A DNA stretch of 35,494 nt, from the IMG/VR virus record IMGVR_UViG_2724679140_000015, one strand, 5' to 3'. The notes under the pieces are model-generated. The model was not told the DNA's origin. It worked only from the letters and a program-made list of their open reading frames with translations, and did no database searches. The stretch is from a virus (Duplodnaviria; Heunggongvirae; Uroviricota; Caudoviricetes). The position numbers and the translations under genes were made by a program. Positions 9,769 through 18,817 of this stretch are shown here, piece after piece (within the stretch, counting starts at the first letter, position 1; each line of letters begins with the position of its first letter).

Positions 9769-9928
9769 TCAGCGGTTCGTCCCAGTCTGCCGGGTCTTTG
9801 TTGATTTTGCGCACCTGCTTCAGGTCTTTTACCGTCAGGCGTTTCAGTTCAATCTGCTCAATTCTGGTGCCGGCAGCAGTGGTGAAAGGATAAGACAGCG
9901 TAAAAGTATCTGGCTGGGTCTGTGACAT
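9593..9928 (-). CDS. tail assembly chaperone (G-like, upstream frame)
   Basis: 111-aa ORF between tube and tape measure genes; overlapped by a second ORF in another frame. Confidence 0.5.
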   Translation of the reverse strand: MSQTQPDTFTLSYPFTTAAGTRIEQIELKRLTVKDLKQVRKINKDPADWDEPLIARSTGILPEDLDNMDLADYMELQKRFQKITGLDKSDKNADAGAGAAGKVVQVSAGGD

Positions 9929-10026
9929 GATCGTGCTCCTGTGTAAGTTCAGGGCAGTATGTCTGGCGGTGGACGTGACGGATATTAAAGGAGATTAAGA
10001 AGAAAGGGGCCGGAGCCCCTGTGATA

Positions 10027-10308
10027 TCAGCAAGTGCGAAACCCCTTGCAGTTACGCAGGAAAGCGATGAGAAGCGCCTTTCCCTCAGATTTGTCGATGC
10101 CGGAGAACCAGTGATCGGGTGGCTCCCATGCTTCAATCAAATCCGCCAGTTTGCGGGCCTTTGAACGCGAGCAGTCAATCGGGTCATTGGTTTTACGGGT
10201 ATTAAAAAGGGTTTCCACCCCCGGAATATCAAGGAGGGTAAACCACGTACCATTTGACATGCCCAGTGCCGCACATCGTCCTCCTTTATCCGTCAGTTCA
10301 ACACTCAC
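10027..10308 (-). CDS. hypothetical tail-associated protein
   Basis: 93-aa ORF between tube gene and chaperone; no recognised motif. Confidence 0.3.
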   Translation of the reverse strand: MSVELTDKGGRCAALGMSNGTWFTLLDIPGVETLFNTRKTNDPIDCSRSKARKLADLIEAWEPPDHWFSGIDKSEGKALLIAFLRNCKGFRTC

Positions 10309-10310
10309 CG

Positions 10311-10832
10311 TCAGCCTCCGATATTGATGCGGTAGTCGGTCAGTTGATCAACGCCACCGACGCGGAAGATGTTGGCCAGGTAGTCCAGCATCAGCAGCTC
10401 TTCACCATCCAGTACCTGTCTGATATACGTGCAGGTGAAGCTGCTGGAGAACTCGGCGTTCTCGTGCTGTTTGAACGTCCCCAGCGGGTTCTTCTTGAAC
10501 ATAATTGTCAGGAAGGTGACCAGCGGGATTTCGTCAATCAGCCCCTGCGAGCTGTAGCGCTGGACGCTGGAGCGACACTGCAGCGCCAGCGACCTGTACG
10601 GGTTCGCGGCAGACAGCATCGCATCGCGGTAAAAGCTGTTCCATTTGATTTCGCCTTCCAGTTTGTCAAAACCAGCCGGGAGTTCCACCTTACCCACCAT
10701 CCCCAGTGCCTTGTGTTCCTGCATAATCATGGAGACATCGGGGAGTTTAACCTCCTCAGCCCGTCCCAGCAGGTTAGTACCATCCAGATAGATGTTGGCA
10801 TTCGTGATTCGGTTTATCTCAATCTTTGACAT
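10311..10832 (-). CDS. tail tube protein (Mu M-like)
   Basis: 173-aa ORF directly after the sheath gene. Confidence 0.6.
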   Translation of the reverse strand: MSKIEINRITNANIYLDGTNLLGRAEEVKLPDVSMIMQEHKALGMVGKVELPAGFDKLEGEIKWNSFYRDAMLSAANPYRSLALQCRSSVQRYSSQGLIDEIPLVTFLTIMFKKNPLGTFKQHENAEFSSSFTCTYIRQVLDGEELLMLDYLANIFRVGGVDQLTDYRINIGG

Positions 10833-12259
10833 CAGTTGCCCCCTTTCAGGGTTAACAGGTATTCCGAGGTGATCTCAGTCTCAAACGTCAGTCGTTCCAG
10901 CGGCGGTGGTGGCGTGTATTTGTAGCTCAGCAGCAGGTGACCGGCGGCCAGTTCCGTCTCCGGATTGCGGGCCGGATCAAACCAGCAGTTGAAGCCCAGC
11001 AGGGCACCATCACTAATCATCTTTCGACCGTAGGCGTTGACCGACTCCGTCAGTGCATCAATCAGCGCCTGAGTAATCGGCATGTCGATGTACTGCTGAC
11101 TGAAGTAACGAATGGACTCGTTGATCACATCACCGGTGCGACGAACGTTCTCAAAGTTGCGCATATGGGTGACCGTTGGCCATGCTGCCATCCGGTTCCC
11201 CCACAGACGAAGGCCGCTGCCGTAACTGCTGAATACCGTGGTGATCCCCTGTTCGTTAAGCAGGTTCACCTCGCTCTGCGGATCGTCAATCATTGCCGAC
11301 AGCTGGCGCTCCACGCCGGTGATCCCCAGAATTTCCTGATTGGAGGATGACCACCAGTACCCTTTATCCAGGTCGACTTTGGCACGCAGGCCCGCAGCAC
11401 GCTGGCTCAGTGGCTCCAGACGCTCCGTGTTCGTCACCGGGTCATATACCTTCACATGCGGGTAGCACAGGCGGACACGGTCAGAGCTGGTATTAAAGTT
11501 AATGTTGCCTTCCGGGCCACGTCCCGCCAGAGCCTGCGCAAAAGTGGTACCAACCGGCGCATCAATATAGGTTACTGCTCCCAGTTTCTCAGCCATGGCG
11601 ATAAGCTCAACCGAGACGCTGTTCTGGGTGCAGAATACCGGAGCAATCAGGATTTTGGCGAAGTAGCCAAACAGGTTAAAACTGTCGTTAAGCAGCTTCA
11701 TGCCGGTACGGTTGCCTGCAGCGTTAACGGTACCGATGATATCAGCCGGGGTGACTTTGGTCGGATCAGCATAGTTATAGCTGGCCTTCACCGTTGCATC
11801 TGCAGCAATGCTTTTACCCAGGTTAGTAATCACCCCGGTCTGTGCATCAAGCGAGTAGTCCTGACCTTCAACATAAGGCTGACCGTCGCTGTCCGGTTTC
11901 AGTACCAGCTGCGCGACCACCGGATTAGCCAGCCGGGCTCTGCCTGTCGCCTTGTCGAACGACACATTCTCACTGACCACAGCGGTTTTATGCACAGACG
12001 GATCGAGGACGTTAATGACCAGAACGGTGCCTGCACCATGGTCATAAATCGCATCCAGCGCCTGCGGAATGGTAAAGCCGGTGAACTGGCTGCCAAATGC
12101 CGCCGCGTCTTTCTCAGACAGGCACTGTACCAGCGTATTGACGTCCCCCATTGGTGCGGTACCAATCAGGCCAATAACGGCAGATTTCACCGTTTTAACC
12201 GGGCGGGCACCGTTTTCCACTTCAATGGTTTCGACGCCATGCAGATAGTTAGCTGCCAT
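10832..12259 (-). CDS. contractile tail sheath protein (Mu L-like)
   Basis: 475-aa ORF; size and synteny typical of myovirus sheath. Confidence 0.7.
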   Translation of the reverse strand: MAANYLHGVETIEVENGARPVKTVKSAVIGLIGTAPMGDVNTLVQCLSEKDAAAFGSQFTGFTIPQALDAIYDHGAGTVLVINVLDPSVHKTAVVSENVSFDKATGRARLANPVVAQLVLKPDSDGQPYVEGQDYSLDAQTGVITNLGKSIAADATVKASYNYADPTKVTPADIIGTVNAAGNRTGMKLLNDSFNLFGYFAKILIAPVFCTQNSVSVELIAMAEKLGAVTYIDAPVGTTFAQALAGRGPEGNINFNTSSDRVRLCYPHVKVYDPVTNTERLEPLSQRAAGLRAKVDLDKGYWWSSSNQEILGITGVERQLSAMIDDPQSEVNLLNEQGITTVFSSYGSGLRLWGNRMAAWPTVTHMRNFENVRRTGDVINESIRYFSQQYIDMPITQALIDALTESVNAYGRKMISDGALLGFNCWFDPARNPETELAAGHLLLSYKYTPPPPLERLTFETEITSEYLLTLKGGN

Positions 12260-12503
12260 GGGAGTCCTCCGTTTTCACTTCGCTGTCACTGCTGCTTCTG
12301 CGCTTTGGTGACTGCACAGCCGGTGTGCCGGCGGGTTTTGTCTCTTCAGATACCGGCGTCAGATGCTTCAGCGCCACCAGTACCTTCACGTAGTCATGCT
12401 CCTCCGGCAGGGAAACAGTTTTCCCCGGCCAGAGCAGGACTTCGGTTCCGTCCGACAGCGTGACGCCGCTGGCCGGGCCGGAATAGCGGTATGCTTTCAT
12501 CAC
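12249..12503 (-). CDS. hypothetical protein (Mu gp38-like position)
   Basis: 84-aa ORF between head-completion genes and sheath. Confidence 0.35.
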   Translation of the reverse strand: MMKAYRYSGPASGVTLSDGTEVLLWPGKTVSLPEEHDYVKVLVALKHLTPVSEETKPAGTPAVQSPKRRSSSDSEVKTEDSHGS

Positions 12504-12964
12504 TCGCTTTCCTCATAGTTCACTTCGGTTAACAGCGGGCCGGACGGTAAATCGCTGTCTTCGATAAAGACGCTTTCAGTCGCGAAGTCGAGGGCGTATT
12601 GCCACAGCCCCCTGACTTCACCGATAAACACCTCGCGGGTCAGCCAGATACGGCGGCGGCACCCGGGCGGGGTGTAGCCACCGAGAATGCGGCGGACAGC
12701 ATCCAGGACATTAATCGCCCCTTTTTTACCGTTGAGCTGGCGGAAGACCACCGTGACGCAGAGCTGGATAGTCTGAGGCTGGATCACCGCACCGGTATCA
12801 TCCGGCCTGTCAAAGCGCGAACCGGCATAGCTCAGCAGCAACGCGCCGACAGAATGATTGAGGCGATATTCGGACGGCTTTTCCGGGAAGTACTCAACCT
12901 GCAGCTGAGGCAGCTTCTCGCGCAACCGGGCCAGCACCGCATCAAGGACGGGCAGAACGTTCAT
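12500..12964 (-). CDS. head-tail connector/completion protein (Mu gp37-like)
   Basis: 154-aa ORF; synteny. Confidence 0.4.
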   Translation of the reverse strand: MNVLPVLDAVLARLREKLPQLQVEYFPEKPSEYRLNHSVGALLLSYAGSRFDRPDDTGAVIQPQTIQLCVTVVFRQLNGKKGAINVLDAVRRILGGYTPPGCRRRIWLTREVFIGEVRGLWQYALDFATESVFIEDSDLPSGPLLTEVNYEESE

Positions 12965-13410
12965 CAGTATTTCTCCAGTAAGCCGTCACGACCGCCGAAA
13001 GTGGCCGGACGGCTGCGTACACGAAACTCGCCAGGCTCAGGCACATCTTTCTGAGTGGACGGCAGCCCCAGCGTGAGCCTGTTATCACGTAACTCCCTGA
13101 GTTGCCGCAGCGCTTCTTTGTGGTCATCCTTCACCGTATCCGGGAGGTCACCTTCCGGGCGGCGGGCGTAGAGCCGGTAACGGACCAGCGTGATGGCAAT
13201 GTCCCGCAGAACAGTCGGTATCTCTGCCAGTGGCAGGATATAGCGTCCGCGCAGATGGGCATCAATCAGCTCGTCGGCATAGCGGATACAGCTGTCCACC
13301 ACACGGGTATTCACTGTTGCAGGCGAGTCGAAGTCCATCTCTTCACTGGTGAGCTCGATCAGCGTTCGTTCCGGCACCTGCGCAAGCAAATCCTCCAGGG
13401 TGCAGTACAT
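12964..13410 (-). CDS. Mu gp36-like head completion protein (DUF1320-like)
   Basis: Likely start at internal ATG (MYCTLEDLL...), which avoids overlap with the upstream gene; the ORF-track start at 13572 is probably an over-extension. Confidence 0.45.
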   Translation of the reverse strand: MYCTLEDLLAQVPERTLIELTSEEMDFDSPATVNTRVVDSCIRYADELIDAHLRGRYILPLAEIPTVLRDIAITLVRYRLYARRPEGDLPDTVKDDHKEALRQLRELRDNRLTLGLPSTQKDVPEPGEFRVRSRPATFGGRDGLLEKY

Positions 13411-13411
13411 G

Positions 13412-13750
13412 TCACACCCCGCGCAGGATACGAATGACGTCGCCTTCACCCCCGGCTTCATCAAGTGCAATACCACAGGATTTACCGTCGCCGGACTGCG
13501 GCACGGCTCTGGCCTGAGCATCTGACTGAACAGCCACACCACGGCTGACAGCGGCCCCGGCCTCGACAGCAATAATGCCCAGAACGCTCACCGGCGTGCT
13601 GTCGCCGGTAACAGCATCCACTTCGGCAACCCCGAGCGCTGCGGCACCGGCTTTACAGGGGGTATTATCTGCCCCGACAAAACGCTGCTGTGCCAGTGCG
13701 GCCCCTGCCGTTACGGTTGTGATCAGAATGACCTGCTGAGTGGTTCCCAT
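13412..13750 (-). CDS. hypothetical head protein
   Basis: 112-aa Ala/Gly/Val-rich ORF immediately downstream of the major capsid gene. Confidence 0.35.
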   Translation of the reverse strand: MGTTQQVILITTVTAGAALAQQRFVGADNTPCKAGAAALGVAEVDAVTGDSTPVSVLGIIAVEAGAAVSRGVAVQSDAQARAVPQSGDGKSCGIALDEAGGEGDVIRILRGV

Positions 13751-13759
13751 AACGCCTCC

Positions 13760-14713
13760 TTATTTACTGATACCGGTAATGAGATACCCGGCATCGCCAC
13801 CAACCACGGCGACTTTGTAGATATCGGTATAACGGCAGTACTTCACCTTGCCGCCGGCTCCGTCGTACTTGTCGGCAACAGGCATCCCCTTACGGCGCAG
13901 GGTGTAGCCGAAGGACGGCTCGTTCTCGTCCGCGCTGTCCGCCCCCGGCTGCGGCTTGCCGACGTAGTGCAGCATCAGATTGTCTCCCCAGATATCCGTC
14001 GGCACGCTGTCCTTATCCATTGCCGCTTTCATGGACGGCAGGGAGACAGGAGCACCGATGACGATCTCTTCGATCTGAAAGAGGTCCTGCAGGATCTCCG
14101 TGGTGATGCGCTTGCGTTCGTTGGCTCCGATGGCTGCCTGAATTGCCGGGTGGAACTTCAGCAGCGCCATCACGCCGGCCCCCATGGTCATCAGGTTAGG
14201 ACGCAGCCCCGTGGCCGTACGGACCGCTTCCATACCGGCTTCAATCACCCCGATGGGGTCCCCCTTACCACCGGCCCAGCGGTCGCCGGCTGTCAGTTTT
14301 TTAACGTGCCCGGTACGGTAGACCTTTTCATCCTGAGCCAGACGGGCGGCGATAAGTTCACGGCGCAGATTCACGCCATTCGTGGCGCGACGGATGGCCT
14401 TGCTCTCCTCGTTAAACATGGACTCCGCCTGTTCGCGATAGTCCACTGGCGCAGCCAGATCGTGCTCACCCAGCACCAGATCAAGCGTGCCGGTTTTCTC
14501 ACGGACCAGAACATTGCTGTCCGCCCCGACGGCACGCTCGGTGTCATATTCCACAAAGGCGGTTTTCCCGAAGGTCGGCACACGCACGCCTTCCTTGTCC
14601 GTCAGCACGACGGGGAAAATACGTTCGCCAATGAATGCGGCATTTTTATAGCCTCGGGCGATACTGGTCAGTACCGGATCAACGACACGTTTACCTTTTA
14701 AGTAATCAGACAT
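13760..14713 (-). CDS. major capsid protein (Mu T-like)
   Basis: 317-aa ORF following protease/scaffold gene; Mu-type head module synteny. Confidence 0.65.
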   Translation of the reverse strand: MSDYLKGKRVVDPVLTSIARGYKNAAFIGERIFPVVLTDKEGVRVPTFGKTAFVEYDTERAVGADSNVLVREKTGTLDLVLGEHDLAAPVDYREQAESMFNEESKAIRRATNGVNLRRELIAARLAQDEKVYRTGHVKKLTAGDRWAGGKGDPIGVIEAGMEAVRTATGLRPNLMTMGAGVMALLKFHPAIQAAIGANERKRITTEILQDLFQIEEIVIGAPVSLPSMKAAMDKDSVPTDIWGDNLMLHYVGKPQPGADSADENEPSFGYTLRRKGMPVADKYDGAGGKVKYCRYTDIYKVAVVGGDAGYLITGISK

Positions 14714-14727
14714 GCTCTCTCCTTAAA

Positions 14728-15843
14728 TTACAGGCAGCGTGCGACAGCAGCCTCATAGCTGATGCCTTCTTTTTTGGACAGGGCCACTGCTTTCTGATGC
14801 AGGGCCAGACGCTCAGGATCGGCTTCTGCAAACTCCGCCACATCCACCTTCACCGCGTCGCCGACACGATCCTTTGTGGCCTGTTCGGCGAAGTTCATCA
14901 CCGGCTCCCCGTCGGAGAGCAATGAACGGAAGGCGGTGGCCAGCGGTGTGCGGCTTTCCCCCTCAGCAAACTCCACCGGCTTGTCGCCACCGGCGACGGC
15001 ATCCAGCAGGGCAACCACCACGGAGGAGGCGCGGGGAGCCAGACGACCCTCTGCGACCAGTTTTTCTGCAAAGGCCACATTGTCCTTATGCAGTTGATCC
15101 TGTCTGACCTGTGCATCACGCGCATCGCGATCAGCAGCCTGCTGCTTCAGGCGGCGGTTCTCCTCCTGAAGGGCTTCAATCTCTTCTTTTGTCATCGATG
15201 ATTCCTCGTTACTTTTGGAAGACAGCACCTGGCCTGTCTCACTGAATTGCGCACCTGCTGCATCCTGCGACGGTGTGTCGCGGTACGCCTCTTCGCGCAG
15301 ACTGTTGAGCTGCCATTCCGGCAGGACTTTTTCTGCCTCGTCCAGACTGAAGCGGGCGATCAGAAAATCGCGCAGCTTTCCCCACAGGGAGGCATTCGTG
15401 ATGGCCTGCCAGTCGGCGAACTCCACCACACCTTCTTCCTGCTCACTGAAGGACACCTGTTTCAGCCCTTTGACGGAAGGTGGCTGTGCCCCGAGAAAGC
15501 CCACATGGCGAAGGTAGAGCACGCCGGGCTTCGGATTGGACGGTGAATCCGGGAGGTAGAAAGAGGCGGATACCTTTTTGAATCGCCCGTCGGTGACCAT
15601 CTCAGCAAACTGCGGGTCCAGCTGGGCAGGCTCTGCCATCAGATCGGCGCCGCTGAGCGACAGGGCTTTCACCCAGCCCCACGCCGGGTCTTCCGTTCTG
15701 GGATGACCAATCACGAGTGGAGCTTCATGGACGGACGGGTCATAGGCTTTCACGCAGGCGGCAAGATCGTCTGGCGTGAACGGCAGTTTTTTGCCGTGCA
15801 TATCGGTATGAGTACCGGCTTTAAAAATGTGAATGGCTGGCAT
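14728..15843 (-). CDS. head maturation protease/scaffold protein (Mu I-like)
   Basis: 371-aa ORF with acidic coiled-coil C-terminal half, preceding the capsid gene. Confidence 0.6.
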   Translation of the reverse strand: MPAIHIFKAGTHTDMHGKKLPFTPDDLAACVKAYDPSVHEAPLVIGHPRTEDPAWGWVKALSLSGADLMAEPAQLDPQFAEMVTDGRFKKVSASFYLPDSPSNPKPGVLYLRHVGFLGAQPPSVKGLKQVSFSEQEEGVVEFADWQAITNASLWGKLRDFLIARFSLDEAEKVLPEWQLNSLREEAYRDTPSQDAAGAQFSETGQVLSSKSNEESSMTKEEIEALQEENRRLKQQAADRDARDAQVRQDQLHKDNVAFAEKLVAEGRLAPRASSVVVALLDAVAGGDKPVEFAEGESRTPLATAFRSLLSDGEPVMNFAEQATKDRVGDAVKVDVAEFAEADPERLALHQKAVALSKKEGISYEAAVARCL

Positions 15844-16057
15844 TTTGCTGTCCCGCGTTATGTTGTCGGAGACAGTTTGTGAGAAATGCAGGCCCGGCGA
15901 TTTTAATCTGCTTTAGAAAACATCAGGAGTGAAGGACAGGGAAAGCAATGCGGTGAACCGGAGGCGGTTATAAAACAGAGGCTGTAAAGCCTTTATAAAG
16001 GTAATACAGCCCCTCATTCGCTGGCAATGATAAATCACCCGCCTGAAGAGAGAAACC

Positions 16058-16516
16058 TCAGCGACGGGCCGCTGATTCAAGATGGCGGACAATGGTATCG
16101 AGGATGGGGATTACCACTTCAGGCTGTAGTTCTCCATCCCCCGTCACCGGCAGGAACGGGCGGGCCGGAAGTTCAACAGACTCATTACGCCCCGTTTTAC
16201 CCCCGAACTGGTGAATGGCACCGTAAACAACGTTGGTCCCCACAACAGCCTGCCGGTCGTCATGGTCGGTTGATACTGACCCCATCAGACGCCCGGTATC
16301 CTGCAGTGTCTGTCCGTCACGTTCTTCTGCTGCCAGCGAGGGTATCCACCCCGGACGCCCCTCATCAAGAAAGTTAAACTGTGTTTCCGCCAGCAAGGTT
16401 CCGGCGATTTTGCGCATCGCGGGCTCCAGGTCTGTGGCAGCAAGATCCAGCGCACGGAGGCTCCGGCGCAGGGATTTATCGTTAATGGTGATACTGACCA
16501 GGTTATCGGAAGCCAT
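16058..16516 (-). CDS. virion morphogenesis protein (Mu G-like)
   Basis: 152-aa ORF with GAIHQFGG-type motif, downstream of F-like gene. Confidence 0.55.
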   Translation of the reverse strand: MASDNLVSITINDKSLRRSLRALDLAATDLEPAMRKIAGTLLAETQFNFLDEGRPGWIPSLAAEERDGQTLQDTGRLMGSVSTDHDDRQAVVGTNVVYGAIHQFGGKTGRNESVELPARPFLPVTGDGELQPEVVIPILDTIVRHLESAARR

Positions 16517-16518
16517 TG

Positions 16519-17340
16519 TTATCCTCTCAGTTCCTGTTGTGCCAGTGGCTGAAGCGTACCCTGATAGCGGGCCAGGTCGGGACGGTATGCTGCCCCCGGT
16601 GCATAAGACCAGCCGACGTCGGTGGTCACCTTCGTGGTGCCGGTATTAAAGGTGGCCACGTTCCGCATTTCGCCGGTTTTCTCTGAGACCAGTTTCAGTT
16701 CCTGGCCCATGGCAGAGCCGGAGCTGATAACCTTCAGTCCACGGGCACGGACATCCGCCGCACTCAGGGCAATCACACTACAGCGGCAACGCCAGCCGTT
16801 CGGCGGGTAAAATGCCTGCCAGAACGGGTCATCCCAGCTCAGCACCAGACCATGCAGCGCCAGATGGCTCCTGCGGGTATGGCTGTCGTTGATGCCGGTA
16901 TACATCCAGTACGGCCTGTCGTCGACGTTTTCCATCTGTTCCGCCCAACGACCGGCGCTGTAGAGTACGGACATATTGGTGCGAAAGATGGTGTCGAGCC
17001 GCCACGTGCTGCCCTGCTGAATGGTGACCGGCTCACCCGTTACCGGGTCAGTCGTGTCACGTGGTCCCCACCATCCCTTACGCTTCAGCACCGGCTCCAG
17101 CTCCTGCCGGAACCAGCGATCGGTTTTTCCTTCATCGACAGCCTGCTGCAGTGCCCCACGAATATCTTCCAGGATATCCAGGCGGGTCACTTTAGCGACG
17201 GTAAAGGCGCGGGCATGGGCTTCCTGCCACATTTCTTCCCAGTCCCAGGTAATCTGATACCCTTTGGACTTCAGGTAACTGACTGCCCGCTTCGGGGGAA
17301 GCGTCATGCAGTACGCCAGTTCAGCCGTTGTCATGCTCAT
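16519..17340 (-). CDS. head morphogenesis protein (Mu F-like)
   Basis: ORF after portal; start probably at the internal Met (MSMTTAEL) rather than 17367. Confidence 0.6.
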   Translation of the reverse strand: MSMTTAELAYCMTLPPKRAVSYLKSKGYQITWDWEEMWQEAHARAFTVAKVTRLDILEDIRGALQQAVDEGKTDRWFRQELEPVLKRKGWWGPRDTTDPVTGEPVTIQQGSTWRLDTIFRTNMSVLYSAGRWAEQMENVDDRPYWMYTGINDSHTRRSHLALHGLVLSWDDPFWQAFYPPNGWRCRCSVIALSAADVRARGLKVISSGSAMGQELKLVSEKTGEMRNVATFNTGTTKVTTDVGWSYAPGAAYRPDLARYQGTLQPLAQQELRG

Positions 17341-18817
17341 GCAGACGCCCCCAGATATTTGCCACAAAGAGAATGCGGGCCAGCCGTTCCTGCAGATCGT
17401 CCGTGTTCATCTGAGGGTAGAGCTCCGCCAGTTCGCCCAGCAGCTCAGACGGGTTAACCCCGTTTTCGACCCGCTTGAACAGAGCTGCCAGGACGGATTC
17501 CAGCGTGCCAGTTAACACGCCTCCGTTCATCAGAATGTCCAGCGCGTCGTCAAGCTGCTGCTGAGCCTGAATATCGGCATCAATCGCCTCGGCAAATGAC
17601 AGCGGAAGCATGTTCTTCTCGCGTTCTGACGGTGGTGTCTCGTCAATATCGCCGTCCTGCAGCTGGTACTCCCGTTTGAAGTATTGCGAGGTGAAGACCA
17701 CACCAGCGCGGCTGAGTTTCTCGTCGCGGGTTGCCTGGATATCGTCGACCGTTCCCTGTTCCCACATCTTCCAGACGGGGCTGGCCACATCGCCAAAGTT
17801 CATCGATACCGCCATCCTGATGGCCTGATTCACCGCACTTTCCACGATATCTGCATCCGCATCGCGGATATCATCGGTGACCTCCAGTCCGGCCTGCGCG
17901 GAGGCGCGGTTACTGTTGGCCTCGGTGGTCTGGTTCTGCCCCAGCAGGGCGATGGAGATTTCACTGCGGGCAAGCGTGATCAGGTTCTGATAAATATCGC
18001 TGCTGTCGGCCTTGCCTGCGGCCTCCTTAATTTCAATGGATGAATCGTCAGGGATAGCGGCCACCGCGTCTTCCACCATTGCCTCCATGGAGTCCAGCAG
18101 CAGGTCAATCTCGCCCTGTGCGGTACCACGCGGATGCTTGCCGATAACCCACGGAGAGCCGTATTTCTCGGCAAAACGTACCCAGAACTTCATGCCGCCT
18201 TTTTTGAATGTCACGGGCCAGAAACACATCGACAGATCAGGGAAGCCATATGGGTTATCGTAGGTCGCATCCTGACGCGGTACCACGAACTTGTTCAGCG
18301 GTACCGGCTCACCTTCCAGCCCGGCGTCTTTAGCACGAAAGCGCAACAGGTTGTCGTTGTCGAACTGGAACCACTCAGGGGGTTTACCCACGATATCGGC
18401 AATGGCCCAGGATTTAACAGAGCGTCCCCACATGATCTCACAAGGTTGATACCCGTAGAGAACGGCGTCGGTCATCTCGCCGATGATGCGGGACAGATCC
18501 AGATCGTCAAGCATATCCCGGATGAAACTGAATACCCGCGCCGGGGCATGACCTCGTTCAAGGCCGCGCTCCAGTGATTTGACCGCCGCTTTACGCCTGC
18601 GGATGCAGCCGCCGACCAGCGGGTCGGTACGCAGCTCGCGATAGATACGTATATCCCGGCCCTGAGATTTCAGAATGGGGTCAGGGTTAGGCAGGTACAT
18701 CCCCAGCCCGAAAAAGTCGATGGAGCGGCTGCGCGAGGCAATCTGCGCGGTCAGTGATTTCTGAGACTCAGAAAAAGCAACAAATTCATCGGGTGAAACC
18801 CAGATACCCCTCGCCAT
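17321..18817 (-). CDS. portal protein (Mu gp29-like)
   Basis: 498-aa ORF directly after the large terminase. Confidence 0.7.
   Translation of the reverse strand: MARGIWVSPDEFVAFSESQKSLTAQIASRSRSIDFFGLGMYLPNPDPILKSQGRDIRIYRELRTDPLVGGCIRRRKAAVKSLERGLERGHAPARVFSFIRDMLDDLDLSRIIGEMTDAVLYGYQPCEIMWGRSVKSWAIADIVGKPPEWFQFDNDNLLRFRAKDAGLEGEPVPLNKFVVPRQDATYDNPYGFPDLSMCFWPVTFKKGGMKFWVRFAEKYGSPWVIGKHPRGTAQGEIDLLLDSMEAMVEDAVAAIPDDSSIEIKEAAGKADSSDIYQNLITLARSEISIALLGQNQTTEANSNRASAQAGLEVTDDIRDADADIVESAVNQAIRMAVSMNFGDVASPVWKMWEQGTVDDIQATRDEKLSRAGVVFTSQYFKREYQLQDGDIDETPPSEREKNMLPLSFAEAIDADIQAQQQLDDALDILMNGGVLTGTLESVLAALFKRVENGVNPSELLGELAELYPQMNTDDLQERLARILFVANIWGRLHEHDNG

Noticed and set aside
11456-12463. 335-aa plus-strand ORF
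   Set aside because: Antisense to the tail sheath gene in a GC-rich region; no RBS context and low-complexity Arg/Ala-rich translation; treated as a spurious open frame.
13967-14701. 244-aa plus-strand ORF
   Set aside because: Antisense to the major capsid gene; no support beyond being open.
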